From assembly GCA_050230475.1 (NCBI GenBank), contig JBFLGF010000015.1, positions 124,001 to 169,142 of the forward strand: DNA of 45,142 bases, written 5' to 3'. Each line of letters opens with the position of its first letter. The stretch's first letter is position 1. Shown piece after piece: positions 9,901 to 21,708 of the stretch. The notes beneath the pieces are model-generated. The model had not been told where the DNA came from, searched no databases, and worked only from the letters and a program-made list of their open reading frames with translations. The DNA comes from Ancylonema sp. Lineage: Eukaryota. The translations under genes and the position numbers were made by a program.

Positions 9901-11744
9901 TGTAGAAGACTGTTTGAGAAATTGCAGGGAAGTAGAGTGTGTCCGCTTGTCTGGTGATTCCGAGGCTTCGGATTCGGATTCTGAGTGGAGGTTTGCAATG
10001 ATAGATGATAGATGATAGATGATCGATGATAGATGATAGACTTTGGATGATTGTTTCGTCCGTGCTGACGCGATGAGCTCGGAGGCTCATCCTGTTGCCG
10101 CCTGCTGCTGCTGCTGTTGTTTTTCCTCAGAACGTTCATTTGGTGATGGAGCTGTGCGAGGGCGGGGAGTTGTTTGACCGAATCAAGGCCAAGAAATACT
10201 ACTCGGAACCCAAAGCGGCCGCGGTTTGTCGTACCGTGACCGAGGTGCTGCGGTACTGCCACTCAGGTTGGGGGGGGGGGAGGTGGGGGGGGAGGTAGGG
10301 GGGGGGGATGTGCCTGTGTGGGTGATAGGAAGTGCGTAGTCGAATGGAAGGGGGGTAGGGAGGGGGGGGGGAGAGTCGCGTTTTTGTGCTTCTGTTTTTC
10401 TTTTACCTCTTGTGTCCTGCTGGGGGTTACAGGGGTGGGAGGGGGTTGGGGGGGAGTTGGGGGGGAGTCGGAGGTTGGTTGGGGTGGACGAGTGGAGTGG
10501 GGACTAAAGGGGCGTGCTGTGGTGTGCTGTGGGATGCAGTGGGGGTGATGCATCGAGATTTGAAACCGGAGAACATATTGCTGTGCAATTATACGAACGA
10601 CTGCAAAGTGAAAGTGATTGATTATGGCGTGGCAGCGCACTTCAAAAAAGGTGAGGGGCATAGGGGGGGTGCCTGTAGGGAGGGGAATGGTGACTGTAGG
10701 ATGTTCCGCTGTACGCGCTTTAGAGGGATGGGGAGTAGGTTTTCGGCACTGGATTGGGTCCATGGTAAGTCCTGTCAGCTTTATCCATGGCTGTTGGACA
10801 ATGTATCTCGCAGCACGACTGTTTGGAAACGACCCAAAGGTGGTTTTTTAGATACACTCGAGTTTGGAAATGCTGGAAGTAAATAAACATGGAGGGAAGG
10901 GTCCGGGGGGGGGGCAGAAGAAAGCCAAAAGGCAAGAAACAAAAAAAAACCCAAAAAAAACACCAACGAAGAACCCATTGGTGCGTCTTTGTGTGTTTTT
11001 TATGTGCAGGCAAATACCTGAAGGACATGGCGGGGTCTCCCTTCTACCTGGCCCCTGAAGTTTTGGCCGAAAAGTACGGACCGCAGGCCGACATCTGGAG
11101 TGCTGGCGTGGTGCTCTACATCCTTTTGTCCGGGTTCCCGCCGTTTTGGGCCAAAACGAACGAAGACATTTTCAAGGCCATAAAAGCTGCCAAGGTGAAC
11201 CTGACGAGCGACCCGTGGCCGAACGTTTCTGAGGAGGGCAAGGATTTGGTGCGGAGGATGTTGGTGAAGGACCCCAAGAAGAGGATCACGCCCGACGAGA
11301 TTCTTGGTAGGGAATGGGAGCCCCCCTGCGATGTTAGGGGACGGGGTTTTAGGGTTCAGGTCTGTTCAGGTCTCAGGTTTCTGAATGGAACAGTTTGGGT
11401 ACCGCATGTGTGGGTTGACATTACACCTGTCCTGTTGGTCTGGTTTCGTGGTAACTTGGTTCACTCACTTCCACTTTGCCTCTGTCGCCTCATCTTTTGG
11501 AGTGGTGGTATTCTTGTGCCTCCGTTTCTGACGGAGCACAAGAAGTTGTTTGGATATTACACCTTTATCCCAGCCCTTGCTCTCTGCGGGTCTGTTCCTG
11601 GAGGGTCTTTTTTCTGTGATGTTTTGAGATTCATCAGGTGCGGCTGTTGGAGCGGGCAATGTGCCACTCGTGGTGCTGTAACGAGTGTGTCTATGTGCGT
11701 GTGCAGCTCATCCGTTCATAGCGAAAGCAAATGGAGTGAGGTGA
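6959..11744 (+). CDS. CDPK-family Ser/Thr kinase with a long low-complexity N-terminus and no calmodulin-like domain; frame break near 8940-9015
   Basis: Exons 6959-9168, 9452-9556, 10131-10266, 10540-10650, 11010-11306 and 11707-11744, all GT-AG and phase-compatible. Motifs: [84 protein letters not shown] and HPFI. The N-terminal ORF is out of frame with the kinase domain in this assembly. Confidence 0.88.
8764..9015 (+). repeat. Three copies of a 71-bp G-rich exonic repeat (spacings 105 and 76 bp)
   Basis: gtcgaggtcggatacgggggaggggcggttggaggggggaggcagcgcagttgggggacggagttgggggc at 8764, 8869 and 8945. Confidence 0.95.
9567..9589 (+). repeat. Interstitial plant-type telomeric repeat (CCCTAAA)n in a kinase intron
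   Basis: aaccctaaaccctaaaccctgaa, ~10 bp after the splice donor at 9557. Confidence 0.8.
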
Positions 11745-12641
11745 TTGGGGCGGTTTCGGGTCTCCTCGTGGAAGAAAACCTTCACCTCCGCCATCCTTTT
11801 TTGAGGGGGGAGTGGTTTTTCTCCATTGCTTATTGAATTATTTGGATTGTAGGTAGTCCATCCGTGCCACATACTGCACGTTTACAGGTCCCTGCGGGTT
11901 TTCTGATTTCCATGTGCACTCATCAATGGCGTGGCCTATGTATAGGTGTAGATTGTTCGTTTAGTCATGATCCCTATCCCCACTTTTTTGGGGAAAAGAG
12001 TACTTACTACAACCTATGTATGGAATGACCAGGAGGTAAACATAATGTAGAGAGTGCACTGCTAAATTTATGATGTTTGAAGACGAGATTTGTCGGATCG
12101 TTGGAGAAGCATAGAATAGATGTCATTTACAGCTGCTGGTTTTTTTTTGAAAGCCTTTGATTCCATATCTGGATGTCATTTGATTCCTTTCATGGTGTTA
12201 GAGGTACGGAAACACTTCGTTGCCTTGAATAGACACCACACAAACCATCAATCATTACTCGTGTAGATACATTGTGAAAGAGAGAGCATTCAGCATATGA
12301 AGTGAAAGATGCTCAATTGTTTCAATACCTCGTAAGAAAAATCACGAGCAAGTTCGGACTACACGGAAACCATCCACCTACATCAGACATGATAGCGACA
12401 AGCACGGCGCCAAGGTCGGGTAAAAACCAGAGCGGTTCACGTGTACTGTAGTTTTGGGAGAGTGCCACACGGAATGCCACATAAACGGCACAGATGCCTA
12501 TCACCACTTGTGCATCTCACTCTTGGTGACAGGTCAACACATTGGTCGTTACTTCAGGACCTCATGTGCCTCCAGTAACAACACTATAATTTACTATAAT
12601 TTACTGCTGTATAGCGACAGTTCGCATTGCTGGCTGTTTGT

Positions 12642-13638
12642 TCACTCATCAGGTTTGTTAAGTGAAGAGTTTGCAGATCTGAATGCCACCAACCCAGACA
12701 TTTTCCGCGTCAGTTTATTCGCCCAGTTGATAAAACTACCACCTGCTTCCCCATTGGTCTCCAAACTCTCCTTTCTGGCCAATGCCTCTCCCTGCTTTGC
12801 TGCCAAAGATGCTGACTCAGCAGTTGTGCCTTCGAGAAGCTCATAGGGGTTTGAAACTTGGACAGCGAGAGGGGCAGGGAGCTGGACACTGGCGGATTTC
12901 ACTGGTTCTGGGGCGGGTGTCCATCCACCGTTCTTAGACTGCATAGATACACCCAATGAGGACTATGTGATCCGATGATAGTGGAAAAGGAGAGAGCGAG
13001 AAGGGCACTGAACAGGCGACGATGCACAACGACATGCTTCTTTGCCATTATCTCGAATGTGACAAATGTCACAGAAAACACCATTGATTGTCAGCGATCT
13101 GCGCGCGATCATGTCAAGCGCTGGCACTTTACCTGATCGCTGTTCTCTCCAGGCTGTAAATCTCCAGTCACAACTGCACACGTAAGAGCCGAACTTTGGA
13201 AATTGAGCTAGTCTCTGTACTCGAATCGCTGACCAGATTTATCAAGCGAGATAAAGTGAGCTTATGGTCAGCACGATCCTGGAGTAGTTCCAAGCAACGA
13301 GGGCTTACGGGTCTGTCTTGAAGCGACTATCGGGCGCCCAGCTGGTTCACCTATTCCTCGTTGGACGAGCTGCCAGGCCAAAAACAGGCACATTGCAACC
13401 TCCACTTGTCAGCTTCACTCGACCAGCATTAGTGCACACTCGTATTATCACGAGCAAAGTGATGGTATACCTTCAGAATAATCCAGGCGAATGATACGAG
13501 TGCCAAGATTGGTGAGAGAAGTATAAATAGAAAGAATGCCACTGGCACAGCGACTGGTAGCAAGACCATGGAAGCGACAGCAGATGTTGCAATCATGCCA
13601 ATGCTCCAAGTCCGCGGGTTGGTCACCGACGGGTCCAT
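12642..13638 (-). CDS. Unknown ~188-aa protein with an N-terminal oleosin-like hydrophobic hairpin
   Basis: Exons 13638-13471, 13369-13309, 13173-13133 and 12938-12642 join without stops across GT-AG introns of phase 0, 1, 0. Exon 1 has ~44 uncharged residues including LPVAVPVAFFLFILLSPIL. Confidence 0.75.
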
Positions 13639-13978
13639 ATCTGCTTCGAAATCCCCTGTGGGTAAAATAAAAGAACTTCTTCAGCGCTTCACTGCGTGGC
13701 GTAAACGACACTCAATACACACTGCGACCCCGTTTTCTGTTTTCCTCGTTGTCCGATGAAAGTTTGGCAAGCCGAGTGCAACTCAAAGCTCTCGCTATAC
13801 AAGTCAATAGCGATATAAAACCTGTCTAAATTCTTATTGCGCAGATTAACAACCTGTCTAAATTCACAATCAGGTGAGTTTGTAACGTTAATAACGTTAA
13901 CAGTAAAAGCTGTCAGAATTCATATTAAGCTAGTTAATAATCTGTCTTATCTAATAATAAGTTTTTCCGCCCGGTATC

Positions 13979-14150
13979 TAGTGATCGGGGAGCCCGCTCC
14001 AAAACCCCGAGACTCCGAATCCGGGCTCGCGAGCCCGACGGGCTCCTAAAACGGGCTCTTACACACGAGCCCGGACGGGCTCGTCGGGCTCAACGAGCTC
14101 GTGGAGCCCTACGAGCTCCAAATGGGCTCGCGGACTCGACGGGCTTCCTA
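13979..14150 (+). mobile_element. hAT-like terminus with clustered GAGCCC/GGGCTC subterminal repeats
   Basis: Begins TAGTGATC and carries ~10 GAGCCC/GGGCTC/GAGCTC motifs in both orientations. No partner end was found. Confidence 0.5.
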
Positions 14151-15689
14151 GGAAAAAAAATACGGGCTGCGATTTTCTGAGCATGTTTCGATTAATAACC
14201 ACAAAAAAAAAAAAAAAAAAAAAACGTAATACAAAATTCAAAAAATACCGATGTCCCCAACGCGATTCATCTCTGCAACAACATGTGTAATTTATTTGAG
14301 ATCAGATTCACATTTCCAAGTCATTCAATGACGCATGATGTTTCATGTGTGACATGTCCTTCATGGATGCGTTAGTGTATACAACCGAATCATGCATTTC
14401 CGTACACACACACGAGGATTCCAATAAGAGTACATGACCCAAAAATGCAAAGGTTGTACAACCACTATCAGTCATTAATCTTTTTATGGTAGATAAGCCT
14501 AAGGACATGAGAATCACACCAAGGTATTTTATCTCAAGGGAAATCTCGTTGCCGTTACATGAATAGAAGCTTACCACATTACGTAAACAAACCAAAATAC
14601 AAATAAGACTTACACTACACGATACATTGCGTTCTCTCAACTCTCAACGTATACTTCTAAGTCTCCACACGAGACAACCTTTCTCCCTAGTTTCTGTTTA
14701 TAAATGGGTAAACCAAGAATCGGAAAAACTCAAGGCATCAAAAGGGAGGGTTTCTAAATTTGATGAATACATGATACTACTTTGAGGGGCAACTAATCCA
14801 CTATGGTCTATTGCCTCTAACGGGCTTTTATGCATTATTTTGGGTTTTTCCGGGGAATGTCGCGTGTGCGTGCGGCACACGTACGGGACGCGCATGCCAA
14901 AGACCCAACTATTAAATTGATAATGTACAAGAATTGAACGTGCCCGTACCCAACATTTGTACGGATTGAAATGGGGGGTTGGGGGGGGGAAAGGGGGGGG
15001 GGGAACTCGAAACAAAACCGAATTTAAAAACAAACCCACTTTTTTCTATAATAATGCGGGGTACAAATATGGAGGATTGGCTCATGTTTGTGACTACGTT
15101 TATATCATTATGATCAAGATTACGACTCTGATAGTGGTGCTCACTATTCTCCTATTCTTGTGGTACCAAGATAAATAAACGTTTTAAATTCCGGGATATT
15201 ACGACCCAAAAATGTGACCAATACTAAGTGAAAATACACGTTTGGGTTGATTTCAAACTAGGCAATTGACTTGTTTCCCTTCGGATGCAAAACTAATATA
15301 GTTAAATTTGGACATTAACACTAGAACCGGGTTGAAATATAGTTTCAAAAATCTTGGAACCGATCCGGACTTGATAACCTATCTAGAATGCTATTTGTTT
15401 TCGGTACCGATACTATCAATTTAGACAGGTTTAACTACAATCTACAATATCATTTACGGTCCATCCTCAACTACCATACACCCCGACCTCGGTATTATAA
15501 ACTTCTCACTGGGAGAAACGTCTTTCTCGGCATTTTCTATTTCCCACCAAAACTCCCCCGATAAAAGAACAAGAAGGCAAGTCATGAAAATCAAACATCT
15601 TCGATTTTTGCTATCGCGGGTTTCTTTTATGGAGTGAAACCCCTCCCAATAATTATTTTCCGAATGAATACTTTGCATAATTTTATACT

Positions 15690-15890
15690 TCGCATGTATA
15701 TTGATTTTCTCACATAATTTATCGCAACCGCCTCTAGTGAATTATTTACGCGTACAACTTGACTACAAATATTATCACGAAAGTTTGTAAAGTCCTCCAA
15801 TTTAGGTATTGCACGCTCACATGTATAAAAATCTTACTGCACACCGAGAGATTTAACAACAGGGCTCCATGTGTCCAAAATTCCGATGTA
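15690..15890 (+). repeat. Diverged dispersed repeat, second copy at ~19925-20122
   Basis: Shared blocks in the same order: aatttatcgcaaccgcc, caaatattatcacgaaa, gtattgcacg, cacatgta and gtgtccaa. Confidence 0.75.
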
Positions 15891-16049
15891 TAGATAGAGA
15901 ACAAACACATACAGGCCGATCGCATACACGGGGGCGAAATCCCGGGCGGAAACTTGGGCTATAAAATTCCCGCCCAGGTTGCCGCCTAAAGCGGGTTTTC
16001 CTGGGGCGGCGCTTCGAGCGGAATTTTCTGGGCGGTAACTATGCTTGTT

Positions 16050-16282
16050 GGGGTTCTTCTTCTAATGCCGGGGGGATTTTAGCGGGGGGGGAAATATATT
16101 GTGGAAAGAGTTTCTTTCGCGAGGAGGTTATTATATCGAAGTTCCTAATATTGGTTTTTTAGTGTACACTTGAACCCCGATATAAGAAACTTCGATATAA
16201 AAAACTCCTCGTAAAAATAAACTTATTTATCAACATTATTTTTTCCCATATTAAACTCCCCCGATATAAACATAAGAAACTC
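16050..16282. repeat. Imperfect palindrome made of two pogo/Tigger-like MITE ends joined at a TA
   Basis: Centre agtg-TA-cact (16165-16166). The arms mirror each other: gaggaggttattatatcgaagtt versus aacttcgatataaaaaactcctc. Confidence 0.65.
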
Positions 16283-16358
16283 CGATATTAAATACAATAA
16301 TTTCCGATGTTTAGATAGATGGTGAAAATTCCTTTAAGCACAATGGGAATCCCATCTG

Positions 16359-16421
16359 AGTACAAGACCGACAATAGAAACCCCTATATCCAATAGGGGT
16401 TCCTATTGTCGGTCTTGTACT
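16359..16421. repeat. 29-bp-stem hairpin
   Basis: agtacaagaccgacaatagaaacccctat-atcca-ataggggttcctattgtcggtcttgtact, with one mismatch. Confidence 0.9.
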
Positions 16422-16766
16422 AGGGTCTTGTGTCTTCAACTGTGTCTTCATAGTTGCACGGACCGGCGGACCGGGGTCCCGAGGTCCCGAGGTCCCGACT
16501 CCGGACCAAGGTCCGTCCTTTTGGGTAATATTGGCTACTTAGGGTAATATCGGTTTTTCGGGGTTTTAATGTGTTTTCCGTGGAGAAAAAACTCCGGAAG
16601 TATTTTTTTTTGCAAATTAAATTATATTTCACATCGTCAAAAAATTGTTAGGCCTATCAAAAAAGTAACAAAAACCTGCAATGCATCATTGTAGATCGCG
16701 TTTTTCACCACTTTCGAGAGATATCACTTGGGAAAATCTTCATAGGTCATTTGGAATGGTTACAAG

Positions 16767-19019
16767 CATAGTAGCATGCAAACGGCAAAAATCGGCCCAT
16801 ATGGCGTTTGCCATACGCGGACGTATGGCATACGCCCCATGCGGCCAATATTGTACTTGTATTGTAATTGTAGAAAAAAAAATGCATCCCTCAAAATTGC
16901 CGATCCGGGCCCGGCCAGGAATTATTGGCTGGTTTTCTCGGACGGAGGTTGGGGGATGGGGGTACGTCATTGACAAGAGATGACGTCCCTAAGTAATTTC
17001 CGATGCGGCACATTACAACGAGGTTTCGCATGTGGATAAGAATGCCACCAAGCGTATCAAAACGATAAGTTAAGAAGAATACCTCTACCAATCAGAAGGC
17101 ATAAAAGGCATATTCGACTTGCTCGGTTCTCGAACCATCCTCTACACGTGCAAACAATGGCGGCGGAAGCGGAACGAGACCTTCTCACGGGTCATCACGC
17201 AAGCGAAGCAAGTTGTGCACACGATGACTAACAACGGGATTCCCCACGCTCTGCTCACCGCGAAGACAGAGAACCGTCACCTAGAGCCAAGTATTCGTCT
17301 TCTGTTCAATTTACATTGCTGGTGATACATTACAGAGTAGGACCGTTCAATATTTATTATTCGTTCTAGCATATTTACACGTTTTATATTGCCCCCACGC
17401 AGGTGAAACACGATTCTACAATAACTGCATCACATGCAGCCGAGTGCGGAAGTGTAAGGCGACGTTGCGGGAGACTCTTGTTTGTGAAGAGTGGGAAGAT
17501 TGGGCTGCAAAACCAGGCAACGCAGCGAAGGAAAAAATCGTGACCGAGATACTGTTCGAGGATCAGTTTTGGGAAGATGTTACCCACTTTTGCTAGATGC
17601 TTAAACCAATCGTACGACGCATCCGACGTGTGGATAGCAACATGCCGTCTATGGGTAAAGTAAGTGATATGTTAGATGAGTGGCACTCAAAGTTATAGTT
17701 ATGCAAATTTTCAAATGCGGGCGTGTAGTGGTGATAATACAAAGCTGACGGAATGGTTAACATGCTCCTTGGTGTTCATGCAGGTCTATCCGACGTGTTT
17801 TCATATCAAGGATCACATCTTGAATTTCGACACGGATCGTGCTTTGAAGACGAAGGTGGGGGAAATATTCGGGGACCGTTGGGAGAAGATGCACTCGCCT
17901 CTACATGTTGTTGCATTCGTCTTGGAACCGGATTTCATGTTGACTTAGTTTGAACAGGAGGTACGTTGAAAGCAGGCGTATGTCATCGACGCGCCCATAT
18001 GATGATTTGAATTATTTTTATTTTCTGCACTGTAGATACATGCGGGGTTTCGATAAGTGATAAAGAGACTGGACCCGGGGAATGATGTGAGTGTGCGGGC
18101 GGAGTACTCCGCGTACATAAACATGGAGGGGGAGTTTGTTGATCCGAAGATGCAAGAGTTGACACGAGAAGGATCTGAAAACCAGATCCCGACTTGTCAA
18201 TATTGGCATGTAGAAGGTAAAAATTGCTTATTCCGCTCGACATATTATATTGAGTGAAAATTCTGATAACTTTGTGTGTGTTGATGCAGCTTACTCCGTT
18301 CTACATCTCCAAGTCATCGCGCGAAGAGTGACATCACTTATGAGCAGGGCGGGAGCATGCGAGAGGATGTGGAGTGACATGGCTTCATTCATAGCAAGAG
18401 AGGAATAGGTTAACGCTGGTTAGAGCAAATGATATAGTCTATGTATTCACCAATTCTAGGATGATGGCGAAATTTTCTGGCCCCGATAAGCTTGCGGATT
18501 GGGTGGATGAGAGGGGAGAGGAGGATAGTGAAATACAAAATAAAATAAGCGAAGTAAGAGTGGTTTTTATTGTAGGGAGACTAAAATAATAATATTACGT
18601 AATATAGGAACACTTTTTCGCAAGCAAATCCATTTTGTGGTAGATAATCAATCGATGTAAATCGAGAAGTATGAAACTTGAAAGATAACATGTGGAGAAT
18701 AAAGGGTGGAAAAAAAAAAAAAAGCATCGGAAATTAATCTAAAAATATATATTGAGAAGTCAAAAACTATGGAAATGGAAAATGAAAAAAAAAAAAAAAG
18801 AAGGGTAATTCTGAAAATGAAAGTAATGTTAAAAAAAACCGGGGGGGGGGGGGGGGAAGAGGTGTACGGCCGTTTTCCAAACGTCCGTACAGTGTAAGGA
18901 CGCATGGAAGTGTGCGTTCGGACCAGCGTATGGTGTTGCGTCCGTACGGCTAAAAGTGCCGTTTTGACGTTTGGACGTTTTGCGTTTGCAAAACGCATAC
19001 GCGTTTTGATGCTACTATG
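16767..19019 (+). mobile_element. Nested hAT transposon with a decayed transposase
   Basis: 11-bp TIR CATAGTAGCAT, exact 8-bp TSD GTTACAAG (16759-16766 and 19020-19027), and CGTATG/CATACG-type subterminal repeats. Confidence 0.95.
17170..18520 (+). pseudogene. Intron-containing hAT transposase remnant (DUF659-type core and C-terminal dimerisation domain)
   Basis: Segments ETRF, FWEDV..MLKPIVRRIRRVDSNMPSMGK, RWEKMHSPLHVVAFVLEP and GACERMWSD..FIHSKRRNRL..RANDIVYVFTN, separated by GT-AG introns. Stops and frameshifts are present and the N-terminus is missing. Confidence 0.85.
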
Positions 19020-20171
19020 GTTACAAGTACTCCATATTTTTTGTTCTATAGGTTACAATGTAATTATGAAATGATGCTCATGTGAGGCTCAAAAAAATGT
19101 GATGAAGGGTCATCGTATCATGGAATTTAATAAAACTAGAAACACATATATGAAATATCATCCTGATGTTTTTTTCCACGCTCACAACCTTGTCTTCAAA
19201 CTTCTCTCCACCTTGCAAATACATTTCTCACTTCTCACTTTCCTATTCTACATAAATAAATGGGTAACTTCCCTATCTAAAATATACTTACCATGCTTAT
19301 ATAAAACGAAAAAAAAACGTTACGACTTCTACACCCACAATTTTTGTTCTACGTTTACAACCATAACTTCTTCAATGTATACACCACCTTAAACAAACCC
19401 CCTCTCCCCACTTCCCACTCCTCACTTGTCACTCCCCAAAAAAAATCCTCACTCCGAATAACACACTTCCAAGTACCAACTTACACCAAAATTTCAGCCA
19501 TTTTGTCAATTTGGAATTTCACCATCTCAATCAATGGACGGTTGAATATGAACATGCTATTTTATATTATATATTTTTTTACTTTCGCTACAACTTCGCA
19601 AGCCAAAAATAACACATGTATATCACACGTGTGAGGTACACAAAAAAAAAAATTGCCGCACGTCCTTTTTCCCCGCGGGAAAAATGCGTCGCCAAAAAAC
19701 CCTAAAAGTTCCCCGGTCCGACCGGGTCCCGACTTGGGACCCGGTCCGACCGCGGTCCGAAAATCCAATGTTGCCGGTCCGTGCAACTATGCCTATAGGC
19801 TAAAGGAACATAAAAAGGGAAACGTACCCCACTCTAAATACCCGAGCAAAAATCCGAGTATCACGGGTTTCTTATACGCAGTTAATTATTATTCCCATAA
19901 TAAATATCCTTCATCAATTAATACTTTGTATATCATTTTCATCACAAAATTTATCGCAACCGCCCGTAATTGATATCTTACGCGTGGAATGTGAGTGCAA
20001 ATATTATCACGAAACCTTCTAAGGTCCCCCGATTCAAGTATTGCACGTCCACATGTACAACAAGTATTATTGCACGCTCAAATATTTGACGCCACGGATC
20101 CACGTGTCCAACTTTCGTTGTAAGAAGCATCCTCGCGAGGTCTCCCACATAACGTTTTCCCCATGTTTGTA

Positions 20172-21708
20172 CACTGCTCCCTCAATATAACGACACTTTA
20201 ACAAAAAAAAAAAAACAATGTCTTTATATTGATGTGTCTTATACACAGTATATCATTCACAATTGAATTTGAAAATGTGTGTCCTTGTATCGAAGGAATT
20301 CGTGAACGAAGCAAAGTATATAAGTAAATATGTTATTCACATGTTGCCTCGAGTAAGTTGCCTCGGCATAGAGTGCTCCCTCGATACAACGACATAAAAA
20401 AAAACAAAAAAAGTGTCATTATATCGAGGTGTCGTCATACACTGTATAAGGACAATTGCTACTAAATACTGAAATCTGTGTCCTTATATCGAGGGACTTC
20501 GTGAATGAAGCAAAGTGAATAAGCAAATGTGTTTATTATGTGTTTCCTAGAGTAAGCTGCCTTGGTATAATTATCCAATTCAGCGTGTGTGTTGATATAC
20601 GATCTATACAAGTGCGTCATGATACCAATACATGGTGATGAACAAAATAGTTAGTTTTGGACCATCCGAGGAGGACACAGGCCATGGTTTCACCAATACG
20701 TGGCTGCCGTTTGCATACAACTGTTTGCATACGGCCCATACATGATCCTTGCCGTATGTAGTTTTCCATACGGCTAGGTTTTTATTATTATTGTGATTAT
20801 AATAATAAAGTTATAATTATTGTGTTGTAAATTTTCGGTACACAAGATCCGGTCCGAAAATTACGTCGAGTCATTTTTTTTTATGTTTTTATTGTCATTT
20901 ATATCCATCCATTGTATTTGAAAGTGATTATAACTAATTTTTCATATCTTCACGATTTTGAGCATTGATGAGAAATGAATTTTCTTATTTCAAACTCCGC
21001 CTCCTTTTCATTCAACTTTCATCTTCTTCATTCCATTTTTTATATCCAATTCTCTCATGCTTGGTGTGACAAGAAAGCAAATCAATTTTGCTCAACAATA
21101 AATACAAAGTCAAGTACCTATACTCGACTTCAAGTATCTATCAAAACCCCTTACGAAAAACATGTAGCATAGGTACATCTATGAAAATGCCGATCCGAGG
21201 GACACACTTAGCCGCCGACTCGTAGATATACACCTACGCCTACACTTTCAATGTAAGTGCACAACGTAGGTGTGTCAAGTACGGTTACGGGTTGATTAGG
21301 TCTTGGATATCCATATCCGTGAAATGAAATTTTCAATGTTAAAATTTTGCCCAAACGTATGTAGCCGAATGGAAGCGCCACGTATGGCTGGAAAAAGTAT
21401 GGCATACGGCATATGTTTTTTTTTCCCCCGTATGGTTGAAACTATGACAGTGGCGGCGTTCTCTTGATATGACATGTCGAACAACTAGAACACGTTGTAA
21501 ATAATTTGGGGTGTTGTATAGCGTTAGCGTTATATACACAGTATGAGGACATTCAGTAACAAAATTTGTGTAATAATTTGTCATTATATATAGTGTCGTT
21601 ATGCTTATATCGAGGGCGAGTTCATACTGATTTTAGAAGAGTTCAAAAAAACTGTCGTTATACCGAGGTTGTCCTTATAAAGAGGGTCGTTATATCGAGG
21701 GAGCGCTG
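20172..21708. mobile_element. pogo/Tigger-like MITE carrying a nested hAT insertion
   Basis: TA|cactgctccctcaatataacgac ... gtcgttatatcgagggagcgctg|TA. Related internal sequence occurs inverted at ~28683-28935 and direct at ~32130-32330. Confidence 0.75.
20683..21446. mobile_element. Non-autonomous hAT element inserted in the MITE
   Basis: Ends CATGGTTTCACCAATACG and (reverse complement) CATAGTTTCAACCATACG. The 8-bp flanks acacaggc and acagtggc match at 6/8. Its right ~220 bp recur at ~28936-29155. Confidence 0.7.

Larger units (their letters stand above)
16449..19791. mobile_element. Non-autonomous hAT-like element (outer), ~1.08 kb once the nested insertion is removed
   Basis: Perfect 19-bp TIR CATAGTTGCACGGACCGGC (16449-16467 and 19773-19791) with GGACC/GGTCC subterminal repeats. 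No matching TSD. Confidence 0.85.

Noticed and set aside
13429..13470. Stop-codon readthrough or recoding after the short hydrophobic ORFs (also at 22987)
   Set aside because: Ordinary GT-AG introns starting at 13470 and 22921 remove these stops.
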